The notes under the pieces were generated by a model, which ran no database searches, was not told the DNA's origin, and saw only the letters and a program-made list of their open reading frames with translations. From positions 207,131 through 271,130 of the forward strand of contig CAVURN010000005.1 of the NCBI GenBank assembly GCA_963743915.1: 64,000 bases of DNA, in the 5' to 3' direction. A program made the translations under genes and the position numbers. The first letter of the stretch is position 1. The number at the start of each line of letters is the position of its first letter. The stretch is from an uncultured Actinomycetota bacterium (GTDB lineage: Bacteria > Actinomycetota > Actinomycetes > JAHEKZ01). Positions 19,176 through 28,232 of this stretch are shown piece after piece.

Positions 19176-20912
19176 GCGTCCACCTGCTCTCGATTGTCGT
19201 CGGTGGTTTTGAATTGGGCGATGGAGGAGCGACAGGTCGGCGGCGAGGGTGTTCAGCTCGGTCGCGGCGGCGGCGGCCTGCTTGGAGCCGACCGCGTACT
19301 GCCGGGACACATCAGCGACCTGACCCATCGCCGAGACCACCTGCTCCGACGCCGACCTTTGCTGCTGGGTCGCAATGGAAATCTCCTTGGCCGCAGTGGT
19401 CGTCTCATCGACCATCCCAGAGATCTTCTCCAACGCCCCCACCACATCCCGCGCCAACGCCGACCCCGCATGCACCTGCCGCGACCCCTCCTCAGAGGCC
19501 ACGATCGTCGCGTTCGTCTCCGCCTGGATCTGCGTCACGATCGACTGGATCTGCCCCGCCGACTCCTGCGACCGCTCCGCCAACTTCCGGATCTCCGCCG
19601 CCACCACCGCAAACCCCCGACCATGCTCCCCCGCCCGAGCCGCCTCGATCGCCGCATTCAACGCCAACAAATTCGTCTGATCAGCCAACTCATCAATCAC
19701 CTGCAAAATCCGGCCGATCTCCTGACCCTTCTCCCCCAACCCCAACGCCCGCGACGCAATCACATCCACCCGAGCCGCGATCTGATCCATCGACTCCACC
19801 GACGCCGACACCGCCACCTGACCCTGCTCAGCAAACCCCAACGTCTCCGACGCGAACGCCGCCACCTGCTCCGCCGTCTCCGCGATCTGCGCCGCCGTCG
19901 CCGCCAACTCCTCAATCGTCGCGCTCGTCTCCGCCACCGCCGAGGACTGCTGCGACGCAGCAGCCGCCTGCTCCCGAGCCGCCACCAACACCTGAGACGC
20001 CGCCGCCCCAATCCGCTCCCCACCCGACCGCACCCCAGCCACCAACCCCCGCAACGACCCCAACGTGTGATCCAGGGAGCCGGAGAGGGCGAGGATGTAT
20101 TGGCTGCGCTCGAAGCCGAAGTCTGTTCCCTCGTCGAGGTCGGAGACCTCGACCCGCGCGGTGAGGTCACCCTGGGAGGCCGCCTCGAGTGCGACAGACA
20201 GCTGGCGCACCTGGTCGACGAGGAGGGCCTGGTCCCAGCCGGTTCCCTCGGCCGTGTCGTAGAGGGTGCGGCTGACTCCACGGACGATCAGGAAGGCGGC
20301 GGGCAGACCGATGCTGAGGGCCACTACAAGGGTGAAGGTCTGCGACCCAGGTGCGGGGAGCCCTCCGACGGCGATCCACTGGCTGACCGCTGGCAACAGG
20401 GCGAGCAGTGCCGCCATCGCCCAGCCCGACGCGTAGACCAGGACCGTGCCGAGGTAGGCCGAGCCGACCACGACAGGCAGCCACTCCGCGCTGGTCACGC
20501 CCCCCGTCCAGATAGTGGCAAGCGCCACCACGACAACCTGCGCCATGCCCAGCAGGCCGTCCCACCGGTCCGTTCGGGCGTAGGTGTGGTGCTCCCGGTA
20601 GGCGCGGACCGCCAGCAACGACGCGGCAACGGCGATCACCGCTCCGACCGTCCACACCAACCACAGCTGGGCCTGGATCGGCTCCTTCTCCGCGACGTGC
20701 CACAGGAAGCCGATGAGGACGCTGAACGAGACCAGACCCGTGTGCAGAGAGATCGTCTCGCCGACGTTGCGGCGACTGAAGCTGAGGGAGGCGCCCCCCG
20801 CCTTGGTCCGGTCGATCGCGTCCAGGACAGTGCTGACCGACGACTCACTAGACGGCCGTCCGGACGAGACTGCACCCGGCGACGGGTCGAGCGGCGCGCT
20901 CGTCGTGCTCAC
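19172..20912 (-). CDS. Methyl-accepting chemotaxis protein paralog 1 (six-TM sensor), 3' end shifted by a 1-nt insertion so the ORF reads into cheA
   Basis: GTG 20912 is preceded by GGAGGAG. About six hydrophobic helices are followed by the MCP hairpin tip [36 protein letters not shown]. The feature length is 3n+1. End 19172 is the stop in the uninserted frame (..[18 protein letters not shown]). Confidence 0.75.
19198..20076 (-). repeat. MCP signalling-module repeat, copy 1 of 5 (~870 bp, near-identical)
   Basis: Direct comparison with the other four copies. Variant states: C at 19386, C at 19872, extra base at 19230. Confidence 0.9.
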
Positions 20913-21009
20913 TGCTCCTCCTCGAGGCGTGCTGGGCCGCACTGGCTCAGCCCAGGCAGGGACGAGCCACACGGGTTCCTGATGTCAGATCGGCCCGAAC
21001 CAGGCCCGG

Positions 21010-21029
21010 CTGTAGCCCGTTCGGGGGAC
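21010..21029 (-). promoter_or_regulatory. Conserved 20-nt motif ctgtagcccgttcgggggac upstream of MCP1 (also at 26527..26546)
   Basis: An exact 20-nt match in two otherwise dissimilar upstream regions, 98 nt and 59 nt from the MCP1 and MCP4 starts. Function unknown. Confidence 0.3.
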
Positions 21030-21075
21030 AACGGAAAGCGCCAGCGGGTGCCGGATCTGGCCTTACACTGGCCGC

Positions 21076-21513
21076 ATGGCGAGGACCCGCTACCCGCTCC
21101 TGGTTGCGGGCGCGGGCATGGCGCTGCTCTCGGCATGTCAATCCTCAGGCATCAACGATCAGGACGCTTTCCTTGCCGAGGTACAGCTCTGCCCGGCCAC
21201 CGGACGACTCCCCCAGAACCGCACACCCACCTGTGAAGTGCCACCAGAAGGTTTGATCTCCCTTGGCCTTGACGCCTGCAGCTGGCTTCACGGCCAGCCA
21301 TTGGCCCGTCTCAAGCCAGCGTCCCAGCCTTACTGGAAGGACCCCCACGACGTGCATAACGTGGCCAGCCAGTTTGCACGGCAAGAACGCACCACGGCGG
21401 CCGTGCCACTGCAGGACGCCGAACAGTCGAATGTCGCGTACTTCGCCTGGCGCCATCTGTGCCGGGACCTGGAGACCCGGTACAACTTCAACGTGCACGA
21501 ATACTCCGACTGA
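21076..21513 (+). CDS. Putative lipoprotein, Cys-rich, atypical codon usage
   Basis: The signal peptide has lipobox LLSAC. 145 aa. Roughly a quarter of codons end in A/T by eye count, far more than neighbouring genes. It is convergent with MCP2. Confidence 0.55.
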   Translation: MARTRYPLLVAGAGMALLSACQSSGINDQDAFLAEVQLCPATGRLPQNRTPTCEVPPEGLISLGLDACSWLHGQPLARLKPASQPYWKDPHDVHNVASQFARQERTTAAVPLQDAEQSNVAYFAWRHLCRDLETRYNFNVHEYSD

Positions 21514-21554
21514 CCATCCCACGCGGCCCGGCGGAGTGGTGCGGGCGACGGATC

Positions 21555-22418
21555 TGGCTCAGGCGTCGGTGGTTTTGAATTGGGCGATGGAGGAGGACAG
21601 GTCGGCGGCGAGGGTGTTCAGCTCGGTCGCGGCGGCGGCGGCCTGCTTGGAGCCGACCGCGTACTGCCGGGACACATCAGCGACCTGACCCATCGCCGAG
21701 ACCACCTGCTCCGACGCCGACCTTTGCTGCTGGGTCGCAATGGAAATCTCTTTGGCCGCAGTGGTCGTCTCATCGACCATCCCAGAGATCTTCTCCAACG
21801 CCCCCACCACATCCCGCGCCAACGCCGACCCCGCATGCACCTGCCGCGACCCCTCCTCAGAGGCCACGATCGTCGCGTTCGTCTCCGCCTGGATCTGCGT
21901 CACGATCGACTGGATCTGCCCCGCCGACTCCTGCGACCGCTCCGCCAACTTCCGGATCTCCGCCGCCACCACCGCAAACCCCCGACCATGCTCCCCCGCC
22001 CGAGCCGCCTCGATCGCCGCATTCAACGCCAACAAATTCGTCTGATCAGCCAACTCATCAATCACCTGCAAAATCCGGCCGATCTCCTGACCCTTCTCCC
22101 CCAACCCCAACGCCCGCGACGCAATCACATCCACCCGAGCCGCGATCTGATCCATCGACTCCACCGACGCCGACACCGCCACCTGACCCTGCTCAGCAAA
22201 CCCCAACGTCTCCGACGCGAACGCCGCCACCTGCTCCGCCGTCTCCGCGATCTGCGCCGCCGTCGCCGCCAACTCCTCAATCGTCGCGCTCGTCTCCGCC
22301 ACCGCCGAGGACTGCTGCGACGCAGCAGCCGCCTGCTCCCGAGCCGCCACCAACACCTGAGACGCCGCCGCCCCAATCCGCTCCCCACCCGACCGCACCC
22401 CAGCCACCAACCCCCGCA
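21555..22418 (-). repeat. MCP signalling-module repeat, copy 2 of 5
   Basis: Direct comparison. Variant states: T at 21751, C at the site equivalent to 19872, no insertion. Confidence 0.9.
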
Positions 22419-23118
22419 GGTGGCCGAGCGTTTCGTCGAGGGACCCACTCAGCTCCTGCACGAAGACGGGCGCGTCGGCATCCACCGTTCCCAGGGTCAC
22501 CACGAGGTTTCCGCGGGAGACATCGGCCAAAGCTGACGAGAGCTCCTCCACCTTGGCGTTCACCACGTCACGCTCGGCATTGGCCTCGTACCGAAGGTCG
22601 TACAGGTACGACGCTGACTGCTCCATGAACCACGTGCTGAGGGCCAGTCCCAGGGCCACCATCACCCCGACCGGGATCGTCGTGGGCCCCCAGGTGTCGG
22701 TCACGAAGCCCGTCGACAGGAAGGCGAGCGCGAGTCCGACACTCATGAACCGCAGAGTCTTGGGCACGAAGGTGACGCCGAGAAAGGGGATGACCACGAA
22801 GTAGGGAACCCAGGCCACCCCAGCCGGCCCACCGGTCGTGGCCGTCAGCGCGGTGATCGCTCCGAGCTGGAGCCAGACGGTCGGCTGGTCCCAGATTCCG
22901 GTGGTCTCGATCGGCAGCTGCCGGAGCCAGGCACGCGCCGCGAAGGTGGAGGCGACGGCGCCGGTGACACAGGAGAACACCCAGAGGGCAGCGAGAACCG
23001 GCCAGGCGGCGGCCTCAACGTCCAGGTACCGCACCGTGAGCAGCGCAGCCAGGCCCAGCAGCAGGACCACGCCCACATGCAGGCACAAGGTCGACAGGAA
23101 GTCGCGGCGGGTGAACAC
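21559..23118 (-). CDS. Methyl-accepting chemotaxis protein paralog 2 (six-TM sensor), intact
   Basis: GTG 23118 follows GAGGAG. 519 aa, ending ..[17 protein letters not shown]. The signalling domain is identical to the other copies. Confidence 0.85.
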   Translation of the reverse strand: MFTRRDFLSTLCLHVGVVLLLGLAALLTVRYLDVEAAAWPVLAALWVFSCVTGAVASTFAARAWLRQLPIETTGIWDQPTVWLQLGAITALTATTGGPAGVAWVPYFVVIPFLGVTFVPKTLRFMSVGLALAFLSTGFVTDTWGPTTIPVGVMVALGLALSTWFMEQSASYLYDLRYEANAERDVVNAKVEELSSALADVSRGNLVVTLGTVDADAPVFVQELSGSLDETLGHLRGLVAGVRSGGERIGAAASQVLVAAREQAAAASQQSSAVAETSATIEELAATAAQIAETAEQVAAFASETLGFAEQGQVAVSASVESMDQIAARVDVIASRALGLGEKGQEIGRILQVIDELADQTNLLALNAAIEAARAGEHGRGFAVVAAEIRKLAERSQESAGQIQSIVTQIQAETNATIVASEEGSRQVHAGSALARDVVGALEKISGMVDETTTAAKEISIATQQQRSASEQVVSAMGQVADVSRQYAVGSKQAAAAATELNTLAADLSSSIAQFKTTDA

Positions 23119-23205
23119 GGCACTCCTCGAGGTTCTGGGTCCGTGGGGATCTCCCAGTGGCCCAGTGAAGCGTCGACAGTTCGAGGACTGACCTGAAGAC
23201 CTGCC

Positions 23206-24837
23206 TCAGTGGTGGCTCAGGCGTCGGTGGTTTTGAATTGGGCGATGGAGGAGCGACAGGTCGGCGGCGAGGGTGTTCAGCTCGGTCGCGGCGGCGGCGG
23301 CCTGCTTGGAGCCGACCGCGTACTGCCGGGACACATCAGCGACCTGACCCATCGCCGAGACCACCTGCTCCGACGCCGACCTTTGCTGCTGGGTCGCAAT
23401 GGAAATCTCTTTGGCCGCAGTGGTCGTCTCATCGACCATCCCAGAGATCTTCTCCAACGCCCCCACCACATCCCGCGCCAACGCCGACCCCGCATGCACC
23501 TGCCGCGACCCCTCCTCAGAGGCCACGATCGTCGCGTTCGTCTCCGCCTGGATCTGCGTCACGATCGACTGGATCTGCCCCGCCGACTCCTGCGACCGCT
23601 CCGCCAACTTCCGGATCTCCGCCGCCACCACCGCAAACCCCCGACCATGCTCCCCCGCCCGAGCCGCCTCGATCGCCGCATTCAACGCCAACAAATTCGT
23701 CTGATCAGCCAACTCATCAATCACCTGCAAAATCCGGCCGATCTCCTGACCCTTCTCCCCCAACCCCAACGCCCGCGACGCAATCACATCCACCCGAGCC
23801 GCGATCTGATCCATCGACTCCACCGACGCCGACACCGCCACCTGACCCTGCTCAGCAAACCCCAACGTCTCCGACGCGAACGCCGCCACCTGCTCCGCCG
23901 TCTCCGCGATCTGCGCCGCCGTCGCCGCCAACTCCTCAATCGTCGCGCTCGTCTCCGCCACCGCCGAGGACTGCTGCGACGCAGCAGCCGCCTGCTCCCG
24001 AGCCGCCACCAACACCTGAGACGCCGCCGCCCCAATCCGCTCCCCACCCGACCGCACCCCAGCCACCAACCCCCGCAACGACCCCAACGTGTGATCGAAC
24101 GACTGGGCGAGTCTCTCCACCGCGACCGCGTCGCCCTCGAGGGTCGAGAGCGCGACGGCGTGTCCCACCTCGGCGTCCAACCGGCCAGAAGCGGCCCGCT
24201 CCATCGCCGAGGACAGCTCCTCGACGCGAGTGTCCAGATGCGCGCGACTGCGGGCCAGGGTGTCGGCCTCGTCGTACAACGCGCGCGACAGTGTCCGGAT
24301 CATCAGATAGCTGGTCGGGAGAACGGCACTCAGCGCCGCCGCCAGCAGGATGTCGAACCGGTCCGACGAGGCGGACATGAGGTACACCGCCCATGGCGAC
24401 GCCAGCAGCACAAGAGCGACGTACCAGCGGAGCTCATGGACGAGGGCGCTTGCGAGGTAGGTGAGCGCCACGAAGGAGAGGATCCACAAGGGGCTCTGGG
24501 CGCCGCCCGTCCAGGCCGCGCCCGCAACCACGGCCAGGGTTGCCGCGGCAGCCGTCGGACCGTCCCAGGGGTCGGTCTGGTCGTAGCCGTAGCCTCGACG
24601 CAGTGCCTGCAGGCTCAGCAGCGTGGTCGCCAGGGCCACCAGGATCTGCACACCCATCACGACAGCGATCTGCGGTGGCACGGTGCTGCCGGTGGCCCAC
24701 ACCCAGCCCCCGGTGAGGACCAGGACCCCGAGCACCAGACCCCAGTGGAGAGTGATGGTCTCGACGGCGTTGCGGACGGAGAACCGGACGGATACGTCGG
24801 GTTCTGTCTCGCGAGCTGCCGCTGGCGACGAGCTCAT
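23206..24837 (-). CDS. Methyl-accepting chemotaxis protein paralog 3 (six-TM sensor), alternative C-terminal tail caused by a 1-nt insertion
   Basis: 543 aa. The insertion at 23254 replaces [12 protein letters not shown] with [18 protein letters not shown] 24837 overlaps the MCP4 stop (ATGA). Confidence 0.8.
   Translation of the reverse strand: MSSSPAAARETEPDVSVRFSVRNAVETITLHWGLVLGVLVLTGGWVWATGSTVPPQIAVVMGVQILVALATTLLSLQALRRGYGYDQTDPWDGPTAAAATLAVVAGAAWTGGAQSPLWILSFVALTYLASALVHELRWYVALVLLASPWAVYLMSASSDRFDILLAAALSAVLPTSYLMIRTLSRALYDEADTLARSRAHLDTRVEELSSAMERAASGRLDAEVGHAVALSTLEGDAVAVERLAQSFDHTLGSLRGLVAGVRSGGERIGAAASQVLVAAREQAAAASQQSSAVAETSATIEELAATAAQIAETAEQVAAFASETLGFAEQGQVAVSASVESMDQIAARVDVIASRALGLGEKGQEIGRILQVIDELADQTNLLALNAAIEAARAGEHGRGFAVVAAEIRKLAERSQESAGQIQSIVTQIQAETNATIVASEEGSRQVHAGSALARDVVGALEKISGMVDETTTAAKEISIATQQQRSASEQVVSAMGQVADVSRQYAVGSKQAAAAATELNTLAADLSLLHRPIQNHRRLSHH
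23213..24096 (-). repeat. MCP signalling-module repeat, copy 3 of 5
   Basis: Direct comparison. Variant states T, C and insertion present. Confidence 0.9.
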
Positions 24838-26468
24838 GGCCCGGCGCCCCCTGACACCCCCGCCGTCTGGTTCTCAACAGGTACGTCATGCGCCTTGAAT
24901 TGGGCGATGGAGGAGGACAGGTCGGCGGCGAGGGTGTTCAGCTCGGTCGCGGCGGCGGCGGCCTGCTTGGAGCCGACCGCGTACTGCCGGGACACATCAG
25001 CGACCTGACCCATCGCCGAGACCACCTGCTCCGACGCCGACCTTTGCTGCTGGGTCGCAATGGAAATCTCCTTGGCCGCAGTGGTCGTCTCATCGACCAT
25101 CCCAGAGATCTTCTCCAACGCCCCCACCACATCCCGCGCCAACGCCGACCCCGCATGCACCTGCCGCGACCCCTCCTCAGAGGCCACGATCGTCGCGTTC
25201 GTCTCCGCCTGGATCTGCGTCACGATCGACTGGATCTGCCCCGCCGACTCCTGCGACCGCTCCGCCAACTTCCGGATCTCCGCCGCCACCACCGCAAACC
25301 CCCGACCATGCTCCCCCGCCCGAGCCGCCTCGATCGCCGCATTCAACGCCAACAAATTCGTCTGATCAGCCAACTCATCAATCACCTGCAAAATCCGGCC
25401 GATCTCCTGACCCTTCTCCCCCAACCCCAACGCCCGCGACGCAATCACATCCACCCGAGCCGCGATCTGATCCATCGACTCCACCGACGCCGACACCGCC
25501 ACCTGACCCTGCTCAGCAAACCCCAACGTCTCCGACGCGAACGCCGCCACCTGCTCAGCCGTCTCCGCGATCTGCGCCGCCGTCGCCGCCAACTCCTCAA
25601 TCGTCGCGCTCGTCTCCGCCACCGCCGAGGACTGCTGCGACGCAGCAGCCGCCTGCTCCCGAGCCGCCACCAACACCTGAGACGCCGCCGCCCCAATCCG
25701 CTCCCCACCCGACCGCACCCCAGCCACCAACCCCCGCAACGACCCCAACGTGTGATCCAGGCGTCCAGCCAGGGATGCCGTCTGGTCGCCCTGCAGGGGC
25801 AGCTGGGCCATGGCCACCTCGAGGTCGCCCGCTGCGACGACGTCGGCAGCCCCCGACAAGGTGGCGACGTCGGACTCGACCGCCTTCCGCGTCGTGTGTG
25901 CCTCGTGCTGGGCGCGCAGCATGCTCATGGTCATCAGGTCGGTGACGGTGGCCAAGATGATGGCGAGCACGCACAGCCCCACGCCGCGTGCTGCTCCCTC
26001 GCCGGACCAGGTGTCTGTCACGAGACCGACGATGCCGATCGCCCCGGCGATGAAGAAGCCAAGGAACCGGGCCACGAACCCGGCGAAGACGCCGCTGGCG
26101 TAGGTGATCATGACCAGCGACAACACAGGCACCGGAGTTTCCAGCCCGCCCGCGAACGCACCCATCGTCAAAGACACCCCGAGCGTCACCGCGGTCGTCG
26201 GACGGTCCCACCGGTCCGTCTCTTCGAAGGAGTCCCCACGACGGACCGCGCGTGTCGACAGCCAGCACACCAGGGCGACGTTGGTGAGCAGGACGGCATA
26301 CAGGCCGACCAGGGCCGGCACCTGAAGCACGATGTGCGGTTCGAAGACCGCCGTGGCCCAGACCAGGACGGGCGCCGCCACCAGCACCCCGAGGTGGGAC
26401 GCGATGGTCTCGGTGCGAGACCGCGCCACATAGGGGATCTCGCTGTAGTCCACGTCGTCGGCGAACAC
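24834..26468 (-). CDS. Methyl-accepting chemotaxis protein paralog 4 (six-TM sensor), intact
   Basis: GTG 26468 follows GGAGGAG. 544 aa, ending ..[27 protein letters not shown]. Confidence 0.85.
   Translation of the reverse strand: MFADDVDYSEIPYVARSRTETIASHLGVLVAAPVLVWATAVFEPHIVLQVPALVGLYAVLLTNVALVCWLSTRAVRRGDSFEETDRWDRPTTAVTLGVSLTMGAFAGGLETPVPVLSLVMITYASGVFAGFVARFLGFFIAGAIGIVGLVTDTWSGEGAARGVGLCVLAIILATVTDLMTMSMLRAQHEAHTTRKAVESDVATLSGAADVVAAGDLEVAMAQLPLQGDQTASLAGRLDHTLGSLRGLVAGVRSGGERIGAAASQVLVAAREQAAAASQQSSAVAETSATIEELAATAAQIAETAEQVAAFASETLGFAEQGQVAVSASVESMDQIAARVDVIASRALGLGEKGQEIGRILQVIDELADQTNLLALNAAIEAARAGEHGRGFAVVAAEIRKLAERSQESAGQIQSIVTQIQAETNATIVASEEGSRQVHAGSALARDVVGALEKISGMVDETTTAAKEISIATQQQRSASEQVVSAMGQVADVSRQYAVGSKQAAAAATELNTLAADLSSSIAQFKAHDVPVENQTAGVSGGAGP
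24895..25761 (-). repeat. MCP signalling-module repeat, copy 4 of 5
   Basis: Direct comparison. Variant states C, A and no insertion. Confidence 0.9.
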
Positions 26469-26526
26469 CGGCGCTCCTCCATCTTGATCGGGTGATCAGT
26501 ACCTCTTCGACCAGCCCTGAAGGTGC

Positions 26527-26546
26527 CTGTAGCCCGTTCGGGGGAC
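26527..26546 (-). promoter_or_regulatory. Conserved 20-nt motif ctgtagcccgttcgggggac upstream of MCP4
   Basis: Exact repeat of 21010..21029, in the 130-nt gap between MCP5 and MCP4. Confidence 0.3.
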
Positions 26547-26598
26547 TGCCCACGATCTGTCACATCGCGATCCGGGTCTTCTCCGGCACCGCTCGCGC

Positions 26599-28203
26599 TC
26601 AGACCTTGGAACGCTCCAAGGGGGGTTCGGCGTCGGTGGTTTTGAATTGGGCGATGGAGGAGCGACAGGTCGGCGGCGAGGGTGTTCAGCTCGGTCGCGG
26701 CGGCGGCGGCCTGCTTGGAGCCGACCGCGTACTGCCGGGACACATCAGCGACCTGACCCATCGCCGAGACCACCTGCTCCGACGCCGACCTTTGCTGCTG
26801 GGTCGCAATGGAAATCTCTTTGGCCGCAGTGGTCGTCTCATCGACCATCCCAGAGATCTTCTCCAACGCCCCCACCACATCCCGCGCCAACGCCGACCCC
26901 GCATGCACCTGCCGCGACCCCTCCTCAGAGGCCACGATCGTCGCGTTCGTCTCCGCCTGGATCTGCGTCACGATCGACTGGATCTGCCCCGCCGACTCCT
27001 GCGACCGCTCCGCCAACTTCCGGATCTCCGCCGCCACCACCGCAAACCCCCGACCATGCTCCCCCGCCCGAGCCGCCTCGATCGCCGCATTCAACGCCAA
27101 CAAATTCGTCTGATCAGCCAACTCATCAATCACCTGCAAAATCCGGCCGATCTCCTGACCCTTCTCCCCCAACCCCAACGCCCGCGACGCAATCACATCC
27201 ACCCGAGCCGCGATCTGATCCATCGACTCCACCGACGCCGACACCGCCACCTGACCCTGCTCAGCAAACCCCAACGTCTCCGACGCGAACGCCGCCACCT
27301 GCTCAGCCGTCTCCGCGATCTGCGCCGCCGTCGCCGCCAACTCCTCAATCGTCGCGCTCGTCTCCGCCACCGCCGAGGACTGCTGCGACGCAGCAGCCGC
27401 CTGCTCCCGAGCCGCCACCAACACCTGAGACGCCGCCGCCCCAATCCGCTCCCCACCCGACCGCACCCCAGCCACCAACCCCCGCAACGACCCCACGGTT
27501 CGGTCGAGTGCGTGACCAAGCTCGTCGAGCTGCTCGGCCCGTGCTCCCACGTCGTCGCGCAGCGTCCAGGTGTTCGCCTCACGGTGACCGTCAGGTCGCC
27601 CTCGGCGGTCTCGACGAGCACGCGGGAGAGCTCCTCCACCCGGCTGCTGACCGCCGCCTCGAGCTGTTCGGCGGTGAAGCGCTCGGCATACAGGTCCGAG
27701 GCATAGAAGTAGACGACACCGACCAGGAAGGTCAGCGTGGCGCCGACGAGCAGACCGGTCTGCCAGTGGTCGGTCCAGGTGTCGGAGTACCAGCCGGCGA
27801 TTCCGACCGAGGCACCCACCAGCAGGAGCCCACCGCGCAGCGAGTAGCCCAGCTCCACCGACATCCCCAGGTAGGGCGCCCACAGGAAAGCGAGAAAGAG
27901 GGTCGGCGCCGCCAGCCCGCCGGTGACGGCCACCAGGACGGCGACGAGCAGGATGCTCACGTACGTGGTGACGCTCTCCCAGCGCATCGTGTCGACGAGT
28001 GACTGCCCCTGGTGAACGGCGCGCACCGCGAGTCCGGTGACCGACAGCGCGTTCGCCAGCAGCAGGCCGACCGTGACGGCAGCACCCAGCCGGTGGGCGT
28101 CGGTGTCGATCGTCGACCACGCCATCCAGGTCGTCAGGACGGCCGCCAGCAGGACGATCCAGTGCTGGCCACTCGACTCGATGCTGTTACGACGGGTGTA
28201 CAC
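26599..28203 (-). pseudogene. Methyl-accepting chemotaxis protein paralog 5, disrupted by two frame changes as sequenced
   Basis: The six-TM N-terminus is in the frame of ORF 27193..28203, and the signalling domain is in the frame of ORF 26186..28120. The junction lies after ..AEGDLTVTV, near 27575-27585. The insertion at 26663 also removes the normal stop (26599), so the ORF runs on to 26186. Confidence 0.7.
26629..27495 (-). repeat. MCP signalling-module repeat, copy 5 of 5
   Basis: Direct comparison. Variant states T, A and insertion present. Confidence 0.9.
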
Positions 28204-28232
28204 CGCGCCTCCTCGTGGGGTGAAGGGACGGG

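Noticed and set aside
19214-20164. Pro-rich and Arg-rich ORFs that recur five times. These include 19214-20164, 21580-22536, 23238-24380, 24888-26495 and 26647-28002, plus the 72-, 87- and 101-aa families.
   Set aside because: They repeat only because the underlying MCP signalling-module DNA repeats. They are off-frame or antisense shadows of a domain whose sense frame carries the canonical MCP hairpin motif.
20909-21136. Small ORFs in the MCP1 upstream region (20909-21136 and 20947-21141).
   Set aside because: They have no motif support, overlap the lipoprotein gene start on the other strand, and are Arg/Pro/Gly-rich. The region is better explained as a divergent promoter region containing the 20-nt motif.
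17652-21236. Very long ORFs antisense to real genes. Examples are the 1194-aa ORF here and 4113-6392, 6298-8532, 35876-37753 and 59741-62143.
   Set aside because: They lie opposite genes with clear family signatures (cheA/MCP1, lpqB, mtrB, dppB/SBP, fumarase). Their products are Arg/Gly/Pro/His-rich with no motifs. Long stop-free antisense frames are expected at this GC content.
19198-27495. Possibility that the five ~870-bp repeats are IS elements, a CRISPR-like array or another mobile repeat.
   Set aside because: The repeat unit is the in-frame coding sequence of an MCP signalling domain. The spacers are homologous sensor-coding regions. No transposase, terminal inverted repeats or target duplications are visible, and both unit and spacing are far larger than in CRISPR arrays.
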